The notes: a model not told the origin generated them from the sequence alone. 64,000 nt of DNA from Candidatus Woesearchaeota archaeon (GCA_016930415.1 JAFGGS010000016.1:1359-65358); one strand, 5' to 3'; counted from the stretch's first letter, positions 39,306 to 49,193 are shown. Translations and numbers: made by a program.

Positions 39306-39321
39306 TTTATATATTTTTCGG
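39306..39321 (-). promoter_or_regulatory. BRE + TATA box of the grpE-dnaK operon
   Basis: Minus strand CCGAAAAA-TATATAAA about 85 nt upstream of the grpE ATG. Confidence 0.6.
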
Positions 39322-39391
39322 AAAATGAGTCCATATCATCCAAGCGGCCAAAAAAAAGAGAAAGAAAGCAAAGAAACAATTAAGATAAGAC

Positions 39392-39952
39392 CTACTCCTC
39401 CTCGTCCTCGCCCCTACAACTCGCGCAGAGGAAGAGCCCGTCAGTCTCCTGCAAGTCCTCGCTGTAATTCTTGCACTCCTCGCAAAGAGAGATATCCTCA
39501 GAAGAGCTGCCTATCAAAGGCTTCCTCGAAGGCTCACGGATCTCGAACTTCTCGACTATTATGTCAAAGAGCTGAGGCTGGATCTTCAAGACGTCCTTGA
39601 TAGTCAAGAAACCCACTAGGCCGCCGCGCTCCATGACAGGCAGATGCCTGATATTATAGTCGCGCATAACCTTGAGCGCGTCGTAGATGTCCTTATCAGG
39701 AGTGATCGATATTAACTCGCTATGCATGACCTCCTCCAAAGAAGTCTTTGCAGGATCCTTCCTCTCAGCCAAAGCCTTGCGGACCAAGTCCTGCTCAGTC
39801 ACGAGACCCAAAAGCTTGCCAGCCTCCATGACAAGAAGGCTGCCGACGTGCTTGTCCTTCATCATCACAGCGCCTTCAGAAAGAGAGACACCCTTCTCGA
39901 CCGTAACCGGCCTGATGGTCATGCAATCCGCAACCTTATAACCAGTCTTCAT
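39392..39952 (-). CDS. Tandem CBS-domain protein with C-terminal Zn ribbon
   Basis: Two CBS repeats (GLVTEQDL, RHLPV, GFLTIKDVL); CEEC..CASC. Confidence 0.9.
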   Translation of the reverse strand: MKTGYKVADCMTIRPVTVEKGVSLSEGAVMMKDKHVGSLLVMEAGKLLGLVTEQDLVRKALAERKDPAKTSLEEVMHSELISITPDKDIYDALKVMRDYNIRHLPVMERGGLVGFLTIKDVLKIQPQLFDIIVEKFEIREPSRKPLIGSSSEDISLCEECKNYSEDLQETDGLFLCASCRGEDEEE

Positions 39953-40100
39953 CGCACCAACACCTCAGCTTGATATATCAAAAACAAACCCTACGAAAAA
40001 AATCGTGATACCCGCTTGATAGATAGTCTGCTCGAGTATAAAAAGTTAATGAAAAGAGAGACGATAATGAGAGAACAGATAAAATAATGTTTATATACCA

Positions 40101-41429
40101 TTGCGTGTTCTCCACATCCAGAATATGAGCTCTAAGAGAAAGATCAGGAAAGGAATAATCTCAGCAAGCTACGACATCGAAGGGACTGAGGCGGAGTGCG
40201 AAGCCAAGAGACAATCTCAGATAGCGAGCGAGATTAAAGCTGGAAAGCCACCCACTGTTAAACTGATGAGAAGCAGGGAGCAGCCTGACTTTCTCAAGTT
40301 CACGAGCGTAGTGCTGTTCTACGCGCCAGGAATAGGCGCCCCAATAGTCGTGAACTCGTTCATCAACATGAATCGGGCAGGCCTCGAGACCGTCGTCGTA
40401 GGCAACAAGGACGCCGAATGGATGCAAGACGCGTACTCATTCTATGCAAAGACAAAGAAGCTTACAAGCGTGAACGAAGGGAATCTTGAGGAGCTTTCAC
40501 GATCCAACACGATAAGGAAAGGGATGCAGGGGCTTGGAGAGCGCGAGAACGAGAACGTAATAGATGTGTCAGGAGACACCCCCTTTGCAGTCATACAGCC
40601 GTTCCTGCGAGACCCAGATACCCTGACATATGATCTCCTGCTCATGATCAACGTGAAAGAGGTTGCAGGGGCGAACTATCCAAGGAATTATCACTGGTCA
40701 TTTGAAGACGAGGATGGCCAGGTCTACACTGCAAAGGAGCCGAACGTATGGATATGGGACCTCGACAAGCTCGTGAAGAACAGGTTCGGATTCAACCTTA
40801 TAGATATGCTATTTGGTTCACGCAAGAGCTATGGCGAGGGACGTAAGATGTCAAAAACCCTAAAAGAGATACTTCTGGAAGAGAATGGGGGTGTAAGCTT
40901 AAGAAGGCTTCTTAGCAATGCCCAGATACTTGGCCCATCCGGACTCTACCAGATAGGGAACTATGCCTGGAGGAAATGGAGAGGCTTGCCTGAAAGAGAG
41001 GATAGGCTCATAAAAGTCCAGACCAGGACCGCGCAGAGACTCGCAGAATACGCACTTAGCACAAAGCTTGACATCCGCGTAAAGGCGTGTCCGCAGCCAG
41101 CTGCGATAATGGATATAGATGCCCTCCCAGACGTAGTATTCCATCAGGCAATACTAGACCATGACCCGACAGTATACCCTCACCACAAAGAGATAACCAA
41201 CTTCGCGAGGTACTTGGGGGGAAAATGGAACTGCCAATACGCAGATGAATGGATTAGCATCGCGAATGAGATGTTCAAGAGATATAACCTGGATGCAGAA
41301 TATGACAAGAACGGCAGGATGCATCAGAGACTATTTCCACCAAGTGTTATAGAAGCGCAATCAAGACTATTGAAAGCATATAACTCCAGCGTAGAATGTC
41401 AGATAGGTGTGAACCAGGACCTTCTCTAA
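40101..41429 (+). CDS. Hypothetical protein with possible NDP-sugar/NTP-transferase-like (GT-A) fold
   Basis: Weak motifs: EG..LSRSNTIRKG, VIDVSGDTPF, MDID..PD. Confidence 0.5.
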   Translation: MRVLHIQNMSSKRKIRKGIISASYDIEGTEAECEAKRQSQIASEIKAGKPPTVKLMRSREQPDFLKFTSVVLFYAPGIGAPIVVNSFINMNRAGLETVVVGNKDAEWMQDAYSFYAKTKKLTSVNEGNLEELSRSNTIRKGMQGLGERENENVIDVSGDTPFAVIQPFLRDPDTLTYDLLLMINVKEVAGANYPRNYHWSFEDEDGQVYTAKEPNVWIWDLDKLVKNRFGFNLIDMLFGSRKSYGEGRKMSKTLKEILLEENGGVSLRRLLSNAQILGPSGLYQIGNYAWRKWRGLPEREDRLIKVQTRTAQRLAEYALSTKLDIRVKACPQPAAIMDIDALPDVVFHQAILDHDPTVYPHHKEITNFARYLGGKWNCQYADEWISIANEMFKRYNLDAEYDKNGRMHQRLFPPSVIEAQSRLLKAYNSSVECQIGVNQDLL

Positions 41430-43354
41430 TAATTGATCAGTATCTCGACGTCTTTTCCGAAGATCCCTTTCAAGTCCTCGAATATCGGCTCCTTGATGAA
41501 CGCCTTCTCGGGCATGGTGACTTTCGAGACTGCCTGCTCATACTCTTCAAGGCTGCTGGCCTGCGTCTTGACGAGGCCTCCTTCTGGAGTGACTTCTGCC
41601 TTGCTGATCTCCCTGTGTTCACTGTCGATGTCGTGGATTATGAAAGCCTGCTTGCCCAATAACACGACTTCGCCGTACTTGTTGCTGCCGTACTTGACGT
41701 GGATCTTGGTCCTCTCAAGCTCGATGCCTCTCTTACGCTGTATATGTTCAACTAATACTCGCAGGAGCTCTCGCGAGTCCCGCTGGACCTTCTGGATGTC
41801 GGCTTTCTCGAGCTTGCCAGAGCTATATTGGCTCTTGGCTTTCTCGATCTCCTTGAATATGCGCAGGTACTTGTCAGGAAGCACGCCCTTGTGGACGAGT
41901 TCAGACTCGAAGAGCTTTACAAGCTCCTTGTCCTGAGCCTTCTTGATGCCCTCTAATCGAAGTACGTCCCGTACGACTGTGATCATGCTCTCGTAAGTGT
42001 GAAGCACTCCCTCCTCTTCCTTTCGCCTCTCGATCTCTTTGAAGAGCTCGTTTAGCCTTTTAAGATACTTCTCAGCGTCCTTGATCAGGCGGTCGACCTC
42101 AACACCAGTCAGGTTCTTCTTGGTGCCGTGCTCAAGCTCTTTTCGTACGTTGATGTTCTTCTTCAGGATCTCGACGTACTCCTTCTCAAGAAGCTTCTCC
42201 TTCTTGACGAACACGTCCTCCATGACCTGAGGAGTCTCCTTAGGCGTCGGAGGCGGGATTCCATACATCATGAGAGCGGCCTGGCTCGGCGTCAATAACG
42301 CATAGAAGGTGTCCTCCATGCCGATGTCTTTTAGCTTGAATTTCACCCTTTCAAGGATCTGGTCGCCAGTGCTCATGAACATATCAATTGCTTCAGGGCT
42401 AGGTTTTATACGGCCCATCTGGAGCAAGAGCTTCCAAGGCATGAAGATGCCCCTGTCATACAAGGGGATGCCATCCCTCAGGAAGGTGAAGAAGACAGGA
42501 TTGGCCTCCTTAATGCCCTCCCAGAAGTCAGTTAATATCCACACCTGGATGTTGATCTTGTTCTCGATCCCGGTCATCTTGCCGGCGTCGATGCCCATGC
42601 CGATTATGATAGCCCGAAGCTTGTCCTTAAGCTCAGCCCTAGTCATCTTCTTGACGTCGGTGTCGTCGATTATTATGCATACGTCGATGTCGCTCTGAGG
42701 AGTGGCCTTCCCCTGGACGAGCGAACCCGCCAGGATGTACGAGACTATGTATTTCTCGAACTTCTTCAAGACCATGGTCTTGTGGATCTCGGCGATCTTC
42801 AAGGCCGCGAGCATGCCTGTGTCATGGATAGGCGCGCACATGGCGAACATCTGGAGCATCTCATAGCGCGCGTCGTAGCAAGCCTGCCAGACCTCTGTGA
42901 GCAGGACTGTGTCAGGCACTAGGTTCTGGTCGACGTCACCCGCGATCTGCTTGACGACCCCTGAGAGCCTCTCGCGAAGCTCATCCTTGGTCATCTTCTG
43001 GCTGTCAGAATCATCCATTAGGACAAGGACGTTCACTTTCTCCTTCTTATCATCATCCTTGTCAGGAGGCAAGAGCGCGATGCCCATTACGTAACCCTCG
43101 AACTTGGCGAGGAGCTTTGACTTGAAGACGTCGAGTTTGTCCTTGATCTCCTCTAGTTTCTTCTTGGCATCGTCCGGGATCTGGCCAGCAAGCCTGTCAA
43201 GCTCATTAGATAAAGAATTCTCTTGGGGACCAGGCGGATTTCCTCCAGGAACATTCGGCGGCGCACCCTTCTCAGGAGCCTTGTAACCCTCAACCTTGCT
43301 TATCTTTCCCACGTTCATCCTCTTAGCCAAAGAATCACCCCTTGAAGGCGTCAA
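41426..43354 (-). CDS. Tandem nucleotidyltransferase (degenerate + intact) fused to a HEPN-like helical domain
   Basis: Second NTase AGSLVQGKATPQSDIDVCIIIDD; first copy retains VNVLVLMDD..MT.DELR; downstream FYALLTPSQAALMMYG..PP.PKET. Confidence 0.78.
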   Translation of the reverse strand: MTPSRGDSLAKRMNVGKISKVEGYKAPEKGAPPNVPGGNPPGPQENSLSNELDRLAGQIPDDAKKKLEEIKDKLDVFKSKLLAKFEGYVMGIALLPPDKDDDKKEKVNVLVLMDDSDSQKMTKDELRERLSGVVKQIAGDVDQNLVPDTVLLTEVWQACYDARYEMLQMFAMCAPIHDTGMLAALKIAEIHKTMVLKKFEKYIVSYILAGSLVQGKATPQSDIDVCIIIDDTDVKKMTRAELKDKLRAIIIGMGIDAGKMTGIENKINIQVWILTDFWEGIKEANPVFFTFLRDGIPLYDRGIFMPWKLLLQMGRIKPSPEAIDMFMSTGDQILERVKFKLKDIGMEDTFYALLTPSQAALMMYGIPPPTPKETPQVMEDVFVKKEKLLEKEYVEILKKNINVRKELEHGTKKNLTGVEVDRLIKDAEKYLKRLNELFKEIERRKEEEGVLHTYESMITVVRDVLRLEGIKKAQDKELVKLFESELVHKGVLPDKYLRIFKEIEKAKSQYSSGKLEKADIQKVQRDSRELLRVLVEHIQRKRGIELERTKIHVKYGSNKYGEVVLLGKQAFIIHDIDSEHREISKAEVTPEGGLVKTQASSLEEYEQAVSKVTMPEKAFIKEPIFEDLKGIFGKDVEILINY

Positions 43355-43492
43355 TCAGGCACCTATCATCGCATTAGGATATGAGAAAAGAAGAAAGAAA
43401 GGAAGTATATAAAGGTTACGGACAAGTCCGCGAGCTCAAAACGAGATTTCTGTTGGTTTTGACTTTGGCACGACGCTGATTGGTCTTGGCGT

Positions 43493-44284
43493 TCAGGCCT
43501 TCTTTGAGTCGGTGTAGAATTGCCTTGCGATCTGTGCGTACTGCTTTATCAGGCTTCCGAAGTCATTTGTGGTAAGCGCCCTGCTGATGACTTTCTCGTC
43601 GAGCTTGTGCCTGTCTCCGAGCAGCTTCACATAGGCCTTGAGCTGGTCCATCTGGTCTGGCTCGATGCCTCCTAAGATGTCTCTGGTGATGACTCCGAGG
43701 TGATGTTCGATGTTCTCCTCTGCAAGGCTTAGGATTACTGCTTGGTCTATTGTCTTTCCGTCCTCTGCAAGGGGCTTTAGCTTTCGCTTCCAGAAGCCGC
43801 TGTCCATTTGGAAGTGGTGCTTCATGACTGTGTCTGCGAGCGATACTCCTTGTTTGTCCTTTATGCCTTTGTTAGTCTCGTATTGCTCTGGCGTGGATTC
43901 GAATACTCTTAGGTTGGTGTGGTACCTGAACTGTTCCAATATGCCTTCTCCGAGAGCATCTGTTTCCTCTGGCGTGAAGGTCGTCTTGTAGCGCCTGACC
44001 TTTCTCTCATCAGTGTATCTTGCGTGGTCGAGGTATTCGTCTGCGATTGCAGGTGCAATCTGGTCGAGCTTGTTGTTGGTCTCCCTGTTCTTGATCGCTG
44101 AGGAAGTGCTGTCAAATGCCTTTACCTGGTCTTCTGAAAGGCTTGTTGCTATTGGTTCAGCTGGCATTGCCGCCTGCTCCTCTGCTGACTGGCTAGCGTG
44201 ATTAGAATCATCTTGGCTTTTGGCGAGCATCTCGTCTGCTCTTTCCATAGCTATCTGTTTTGCACTCTTCGGTTCGTCGCTCAT
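43493..44284 (-). CDS. Hypothetical protein, paralog A
   Basis: Aligns by eye along its length with 44449-45183. Confidence 0.75.
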   Translation of the reverse strand: MSDEPKSAKQIAMERADEMLAKSQDDSNHASQSAEEQAAMPAEPIATSLSEDQVKAFDSTSSAIKNRETNNKLDQIAPAIADEYLDHARYTDERKVRRYKTTFTPEETDALGEGILEQFRYHTNLRVFESTPEQYETNKGIKDKQGVSLADTVMKHHFQMDSGFWKRKLKPLAEDGKTIDQAVILSLAEENIEHHLGVITRDILGGIEPDQMDQLKAYVKLLGDRHKLDEKVISRALTTNDFGSLIKQYAQIARQFYTDSKKA

Positions 44285-44448
44285 ATGTTCTAGTTAATCG
44301 GAAGAATATATAAATCTTTCTATTATTTAACCACTAAATAGTAGTGTTTGGCTATCTTTTGCAATGCACGGCCAAAACACACCCTCACATCCAAACAAAA
44401 TGAGAAAACAAAAGAATTTACAGGAAGGCTGAACGACTGACTCGTAGA

Positions 44449-45183
44449 TTAAGCAGCCTTCTTCTCCTCCTTCTTAGGCTCGCTGTAATGATGCTGTACG
44501 ATATTCATGTACTGCTTGATCAAGCTCTGGATGTCATAAGTCTTCTGAGCCTTCTTGACGACCTTCTCATCAAGCTTATGCCTATCGCCAAGCTCCTTGA
44601 TATACGCCTTGAGGGCATCCATATCCTTTGGCTCAATATCCTTGAGAATATCGCCAGTAATGATCCCTGCATGGTGCCTGACCTTGTCCTCAAGCATCTC
44701 CTGCAACGCATTATGATCAATCTTATCATCATTCTCAGCCCGAGTCTTCAAGCTCTTCCTCAAAGTAGACCTATCCAAGTCGAAATGATACCTGACAACA
44801 GTGTCAACGTAAGAATTGCCCTGAGCATCCTTGATGCCCTTCAAAGAATCAAGCTTCTCCTGATCCATGTTGAAGAAACGCCTGTGAGTATGATAAACCA
44901 GCTGGTCATACACCTTATCAGCGAGCTTCTCAGCCTCCCCCTGATCGAACTTAGTCTTATACCTGACAACCCCATTCTCATCCGTGAATTTAGCATGACC
45001 GATATAGGCGTCAGTGACCGAAGGACCGATCTGGTCAATATGATTCCTATCCTCAAGCTTCTTAAGAGCAGACGAGATCTTATCGAAATCAATCTTAGGA
45101 GCCTCCTCGCCCTTATCTCCAGGACCCTGAGGCTTCTTCACTTCCAGTTTCTTAGGCTTCTTCACATCAAGTTTCTCAGCCAT
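44449..45183 (-). CDS. Hypothetical protein, paralog B
   Basis: Shares DQI.P...D.Y..HA..TDE..V.RYKT.F, D.V..HF..D, LK.Y.K.LGDRHKLDEKV, SLIKQY with paralog A. Confidence 0.75.
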   Translation of the reverse strand: MAEKLDVKKPKKLEVKKPQGPGDKGEEAPKIDFDKISSALKKLEDRNHIDQIGPSVTDAYIGHAKFTDENGVVRYKTKFDQGEAEKLADKVYDQLVYHTHRRFFNMDQEKLDSLKGIKDAQGNSYVDTVVRYHFDLDRSTLRKSLKTRAENDDKIDHNALQEMLEDKVRHHAGIITGDILKDIEPKDMDALKAYIKELGDRHKLDEKVVKKAQKTYDIQSLIKQYMNIVQHHYSEPKKEEKKAA

Positions 45184-45369
45184 AACAAATCACCTATCCA
45201 GCTAACCCTTAAGGGTAACAACCAATAATCCTGTAACTGAGATTAATCTAATTTAAATCTTTCGAAAAATAGAACCCTGATGATGCGCCACCAAGTCCCC
45301 CTTAAAAAAGTTAACTTTATATAAGGAAGAATGAATGAAGAACATTAATCTCGAGGTGAGCCTTAGAAT

Positions 45370-46665
45370 TTGGTGGATGCGCTCCTAAAATACGTTTCTG
45401 AACAGCTCAAGAAGGGCTACCAGCCAAGCCAGATAAAGGACGTGCTGGTCAGGCAAGGATACAGTCCAGCTCTAGTCGATGGCGTACTTGAGTCCGTCCT
45501 CTTGAAAAGAGGAGGTGCGCCCAGACCAAGCCCTGCGCAGGCAGGCCCTATATCTTCCTCGTCAAGCTCAAGCTCTTCATCAATAATAGTCCTTGGCGGG
45601 ATAGTCGCGATCATCGCGATAATAGTCCTCGGCATCATGTTCGTGCCAAAGATGTTCACGAAAGAAGCCTTGCTCGACGTCATGACGACACCAGACCAGG
45701 GATCATATCATCCTGGGGAAGAGGTGGGTTTCGACCTGGAGATATTCAACATGGGATCAAAAGACCGGTTCGACATAACGCTCATATACAGGGTCCTTGA
45801 CGAGAAGGAGAACGTGGTGGCGAGCAAGGAGGAGACAGTCGCGGTATCGACCTCGACGAGCTACCACAAGAACGTAGACCTGCCGACCAGCATGAAACCT
45901 GGTGATTACACCTTGAAGGTCTTCGCCAACTACGACAAGAAGATAGCGACAAGCTCATTCTCCTTCAAGATAGAGCCAAAGGAGATAGTGCTTCCAGAGC
46001 AGCGGGAGAGCTGTTTTGACAAGAAACAGAACCAAGATGAGACAGAAGTAGACTGCGGAGGCGTGTGCGGAGGATACTGGTACAACGAGAAGTGCAACGC
46101 AGTCCCAAGCGGAAGCCAGCCAACCCAGACCGCCAAGGAAGGAACCTGCAGGGACGGCATAAAGAACCAGGACGAGAGCGGCATAGACTGCGGAGGCGTG
46201 TGCGGAGGCTACTGGTACGACCTCAAATGCCACGACGAGCCAAAACCCGCATCTACAAGCCAGGACCTGTTGATCGTGTCGAAGAAGAGCACGGGAGCCA
46301 AGCTCATAGACCTAAAAGTCCAGGCAAAGACAGACCCAGAAGGCGCAAACCAAGGATGCCTGGCCTCTGACGAGGACAAGATAAGAGACACCTGCATAAA
46401 ATCAGTCGCCCAGGCAAGCATGCAAAGCAAGTACTGCGAGCTCATAATCTCAGACAACGAGCGAGACCTATGCTACTACCCCTTCTTCATGCAAGGAGAC
46501 TACGCTGTCTGTGAGAAGCTAGTCCTCAAGGAAAGCCTCCAGACTTGCGCCCAGCTAAAGCAGATATCAGGGATGACACAGAACCTGCAAGCGCAGGCAA
46601 CAACCGCGACGCCTATCCCTGAAGAGAATACGCCAGAAGGAACCCTCCCTGAAGGATCTGAATAA
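45370..46665 (+). CDS. Single-pass membrane protein: short helical N-domain, TM, Ig-like domain, two DCGG-GYWY repeats, Cys-rich C-domain
   Basis: Translation; near-identical DCGGVCGGYWY repeats at about 46051 and 46186. Confidence 0.78.
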   Translation: MVDALLKYVSEQLKKGYQPSQIKDVLVRQGYSPALVDGVLESVLLKRGGAPRPSPAQAGPISSSSSSSSSSIIVLGGIVAIIAIIVLGIMFVPKMFTKEALLDVMTTPDQGSYHPGEEVGFDLEIFNMGSKDRFDITLIYRVLDEKENVVASKEETVAVSTSTSYHKNVDLPTSMKPGDYTLKVFANYDKKIATSSFSFKIEPKEIVLPEQRESCFDKKQNQDETEVDCGGVCGGYWYNEKCNAVPSGSQPTQTAKEGTCRDGIKNQDESGIDCGGVCGGYWYDLKCHDEPKPASTSQDLLIVSKKSTGAKLIDLKVQAKTDPEGANQGCLASDEDKIRDTCIKSVAQASMQSKYCELIISDNERDLCYYPFFMQGDYAVCEKLVLKESLQTCAQLKQISGMTQNLQAQATTATPIPEENTPEGTLPEGSE

Positions 46666-46776
46666 CAAAATTTTGCGAGTCATGATAACTCATCCTATAC
46701 TCGCAAAATTTTGAATTGGCAAACTCGCCCTGAAGGGCGGGGTATTAGACCCGCCTCGCAAGCTTCGCTTGCCAAT
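46666..46776. repeat. Multi-hairpin palindromic element (REP/MITE-like or bidirectional terminator)
   Basis: Perfect 15-bp IR CAAAATTTTGCGAGT (46666-46680) / ACTCGCAAAATTTTG (46699-46713); 8-bp IR ATTGGCAA/TTGCCAAT enclosing CGCCC-TGAA-GGGCG and GCAAGC-TTC-GCTTGC. Confidence 0.75.
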
Positions 46777-46898
46777 AAATAAGCTAGGCACATAATACAG
46801 TTCTTAGCATTAAGCCAGCAAGCAGATGACCTTATAGAAGAATCTCTCCCTTAAGACCAAGCAAGAAAAGCCATGATAAAAAACAGTTTAACAACCAC

Positions 46899-49193
46899 CT
46901 AAGAGATGATCGGCAGAAGATCGCTCTTGAACTGGCCGCTGTACTTGCCGATGTAGTTCATCTCATCCAAGGCAATCAGGCAAGCGCCCGGAGGTACGCT
47001 CCTGGTCACGTCAGGAAGCTTCAAGGCATAGAACTCTATGTTGCTGCCGCTGTCAAGATCAGCCGCTGTGAGCGTTATAGTCCCTCCTGCGTCAGGATCA
47101 TCCCTGAAGTCAAGGCCGCCCCACATCGCAGGCTTCATAGAAATAGGACCATCTTTAGGCAACGGTTCGTGACTAGTGCATATAACGACGTTCATCGTGC
47201 ACACCTCTGTGCAGTTAGCAGGTATGATGACCCCATTCTCATCTATGAGCGTGGCGGTAATCTGATACCTGCCAGGCACTAGCTTTACAGGAGTGCTTGC
47301 GACTCCTTCCTTGCCGATTATAAGGTTATTGCTGACAGGCCTGTCCCCCACATCTGCGCCGACCTCTATAATCGACATCACGACCTGTTCTGACAGGAAA
47401 TCAAGGTCCTGCGAAGGCCCAATGCTGGCAGGCCCCGCGCTCCACTGCTTATCATTATCCCTCAAGAAGAGCTTCAGGATCTCCTTCTTCTTAATAGTCG
47501 CGGTAAGAGTCCTGATCTTCTTCAGGTTCTGAGTGGGAATCCACGCGTTGACATCAGCGGCAGTGGTCAGAGGCACCCTTCTTGAGCCATAGCCCTCCTT
47601 GGAGATATACATGTAGCCGCCTGTGCATACAGGCAATTGGCCTACCCACGAAGCAGAAGAGCCATTGATCTCGGTCATGCCGACAAAGCACTGGTCATAA
47701 TCCCCGCAGCCAAAGCCGATCATGGCGTCCTCAAGGGGCTGGCCGTCCTCGCCTGCGACAGACACCTTGATGTCACCAGAAGTCCAGGTGTTCTCCTCGC
47801 AGAACAAGCTCTTGGTCTGGCTGCGCATCTGAGGGACTGAAGAGGTGCCAGAACCATTCAGGACACCGTTAGGAAGATTGATGATAGTCGTGATATATGA
47901 GTCATCCCAATCAGCGGTTCCCACTCCTAATATCCATGCAAGCGCCGGCTTGTTCTCTATTATATTAGACTCAATCGCGAACAGGAATGAGTACTCCGGA
48001 AGCTCTGTATTGTTGTCATAACCCCTGATCTCAATGAATAGGGGATATGCGATGTCATAGAAGAACCTGTAAGTATTGCTGCTTGTCGCAGGCAAGTTGT
48101 CGCTTCCAGGACGCGTGGCCACGCTAGGCTTGATGATCTCCCCCCTGGAAGGCTGGACCCTCATAGCCATGCCCCGATTCTTGTAGAGGAATGTGACTGA
48201 CAAGTTCTCCAGGCTCTGGTTCGATAAGTTCATGCTCAGGCTCTTGAAGAAAGCAGCCTCCACGTCATCACCATTAACCTCTATAGGGACGTATTCCCTG
48301 GACCCTGCGACCTGCAATGCGGGCACGTAGCTGACCAAGAGCGAATTAAGGTCGTTCTGGACCTTGCTTTTGCTCCAAGTGATTATGTAAGGAGCGTCGC
48401 TGTGGGAGATGAACGGCGGCAAGAGGTTCGTGTCAACGCCGGAATAATAGTTGATGAGTGAAATGGTGAAGCTTTCGCTGAACTGAGACCTGAGAGCGAC
48501 GTCAACCATCTGGATAGCCATGGCGTAGTATTCAGTCAGCGGAAACCTGACAGCAGTGTTGTAAGATTTCAGGTCCAGACTCCTCTTGCTGCTCTTAATG
48601 GTTATCGGATGGTTCAGGAAGAGCTCGATGTACTTGTCCCTTATCGCGACCTTGGCCTTGAACTCATCAGAAGTCTCGACAACATCGTAGCCCTCATCTT
48701 TCAAGGCCTTGAAGCCTTCAAGGCATCTAGGCATCTCGCGCTCGAGATACCTTGCCAGCTGGTATTCTATCTCAGAAAGCGACGGCATCGCAGTTGAGTA
48801 CTGGTAGTTGAAATAGCTGGAACGGCCAGGGATATGAAGATAGAAAGGCACGAGGTCCTTGTCATCATCTGTGAGCGAGACTACATCCGACTTGGTAGGC
48901 TCAGCAGGGAGATACTTGAGGTTAGCAGTCGTGAGCTGATTGTTCAAAGGCTCGATGTATCCTCCATGCGCCCCGAGCTCCTTGATGCCCTTAAGAGCCA
49001 CCTTGTGCATGCAATCCTCGACGAAACCCGCTACTGGCTTGAACTCCTCAGGGACAGTCTCTGTCCTGAACTCATTATCAAGACCAGGCCTCTTCAGAAG
49101 GGTATACGTCCCGAAGATGACTATCAGCAGGATCAAGCCTATAATTATGAACAAGGTAATCTGGGCCTTTTTTACACCTCTTTTCCTAAACAT
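46899..49193 (-). CDS. Large protein with class III (pilin-type) signal peptide
   Basis: MFRKRGVKKAQ-ITLFIIIGLILLIVI; carboxypeptidase-regulatory-like/Ig region near C-term. Confidence 0.78.
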   Translation of the reverse strand: MFRKRGVKKAQITLFIIIGLILLIVIFGTYTLLKRPGLDNEFRTETVPEEFKPVAGFVEDCMHKVALKGIKELGAHGGYIEPLNNQLTTANLKYLPAEPTKSDVVSLTDDDKDLVPFYLHIPGRSSYFNYQYSTAMPSLSEIEYQLARYLEREMPRCLEGFKALKDEGYDVVETSDEFKAKVAIRDKYIELFLNHPITIKSSKRSLDLKSYNTAVRFPLTEYYAMAIQMVDVALRSQFSESFTISLINYYSGVDTNLLPPFISHSDAPYIITWSKSKVQNDLNSLLVSYVPALQVAGSREYVPIEVNGDDVEAAFFKSLSMNLSNQSLENLSVTFLYKNRGMAMRVQPSRGEIIKPSVATRPGSDNLPATSSNTYRFFYDIAYPLFIEIRGYDNNTELPEYSFLFAIESNIIENKPALAWILGVGTADWDDSYITTIINLPNGVLNGSGTSSVPQMRSQTKSLFCEENTWTSGDIKVSVAGEDGQPLEDAMIGFGCGDYDQCFVGMTEINGSSASWVGQLPVCTGGYMYISKEGYGSRRVPLTTAADVNAWIPTQNLKKIRTLTATIKKKEILKLFLRDNDKQWSAGPASIGPSQDLDFLSEQVVMSIIEVGADVGDRPVSNNLIIGKEGVASTPVKLVPGRYQITATLIDENGVIIPANCTEVCTMNVVICTSHEPLPKDGPISMKPAMWGGLDFRDDPDAGGTITLTAADLDSGSNIEFYALKLPDVTRSVPPGACLIALDEMNYIGKYSGQFKSDLLPIIS

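Noticed and set aside
39240-39320. CIRCE element upstream of grpE-dnaK
   Set aside because: The palindrome does not match TTAGCACTC-N9-GAGTGCTAA, and no hrcA is in the window.
44488-45228. 246-aa plus-strand Leu/Ile-rich ORF
   Set aside because: Fully antisense to paralog B, whose reality is supported by homology to paralog A.
46051-46218. Near-identical ~33-nt nucleotide repeats as a DGR template/variable pair
   Set aside because: Both are in frame in one gene and encode the same DCGGVCGGYWY peptide; there is no RT and no pattern of adenine-specific diversification.
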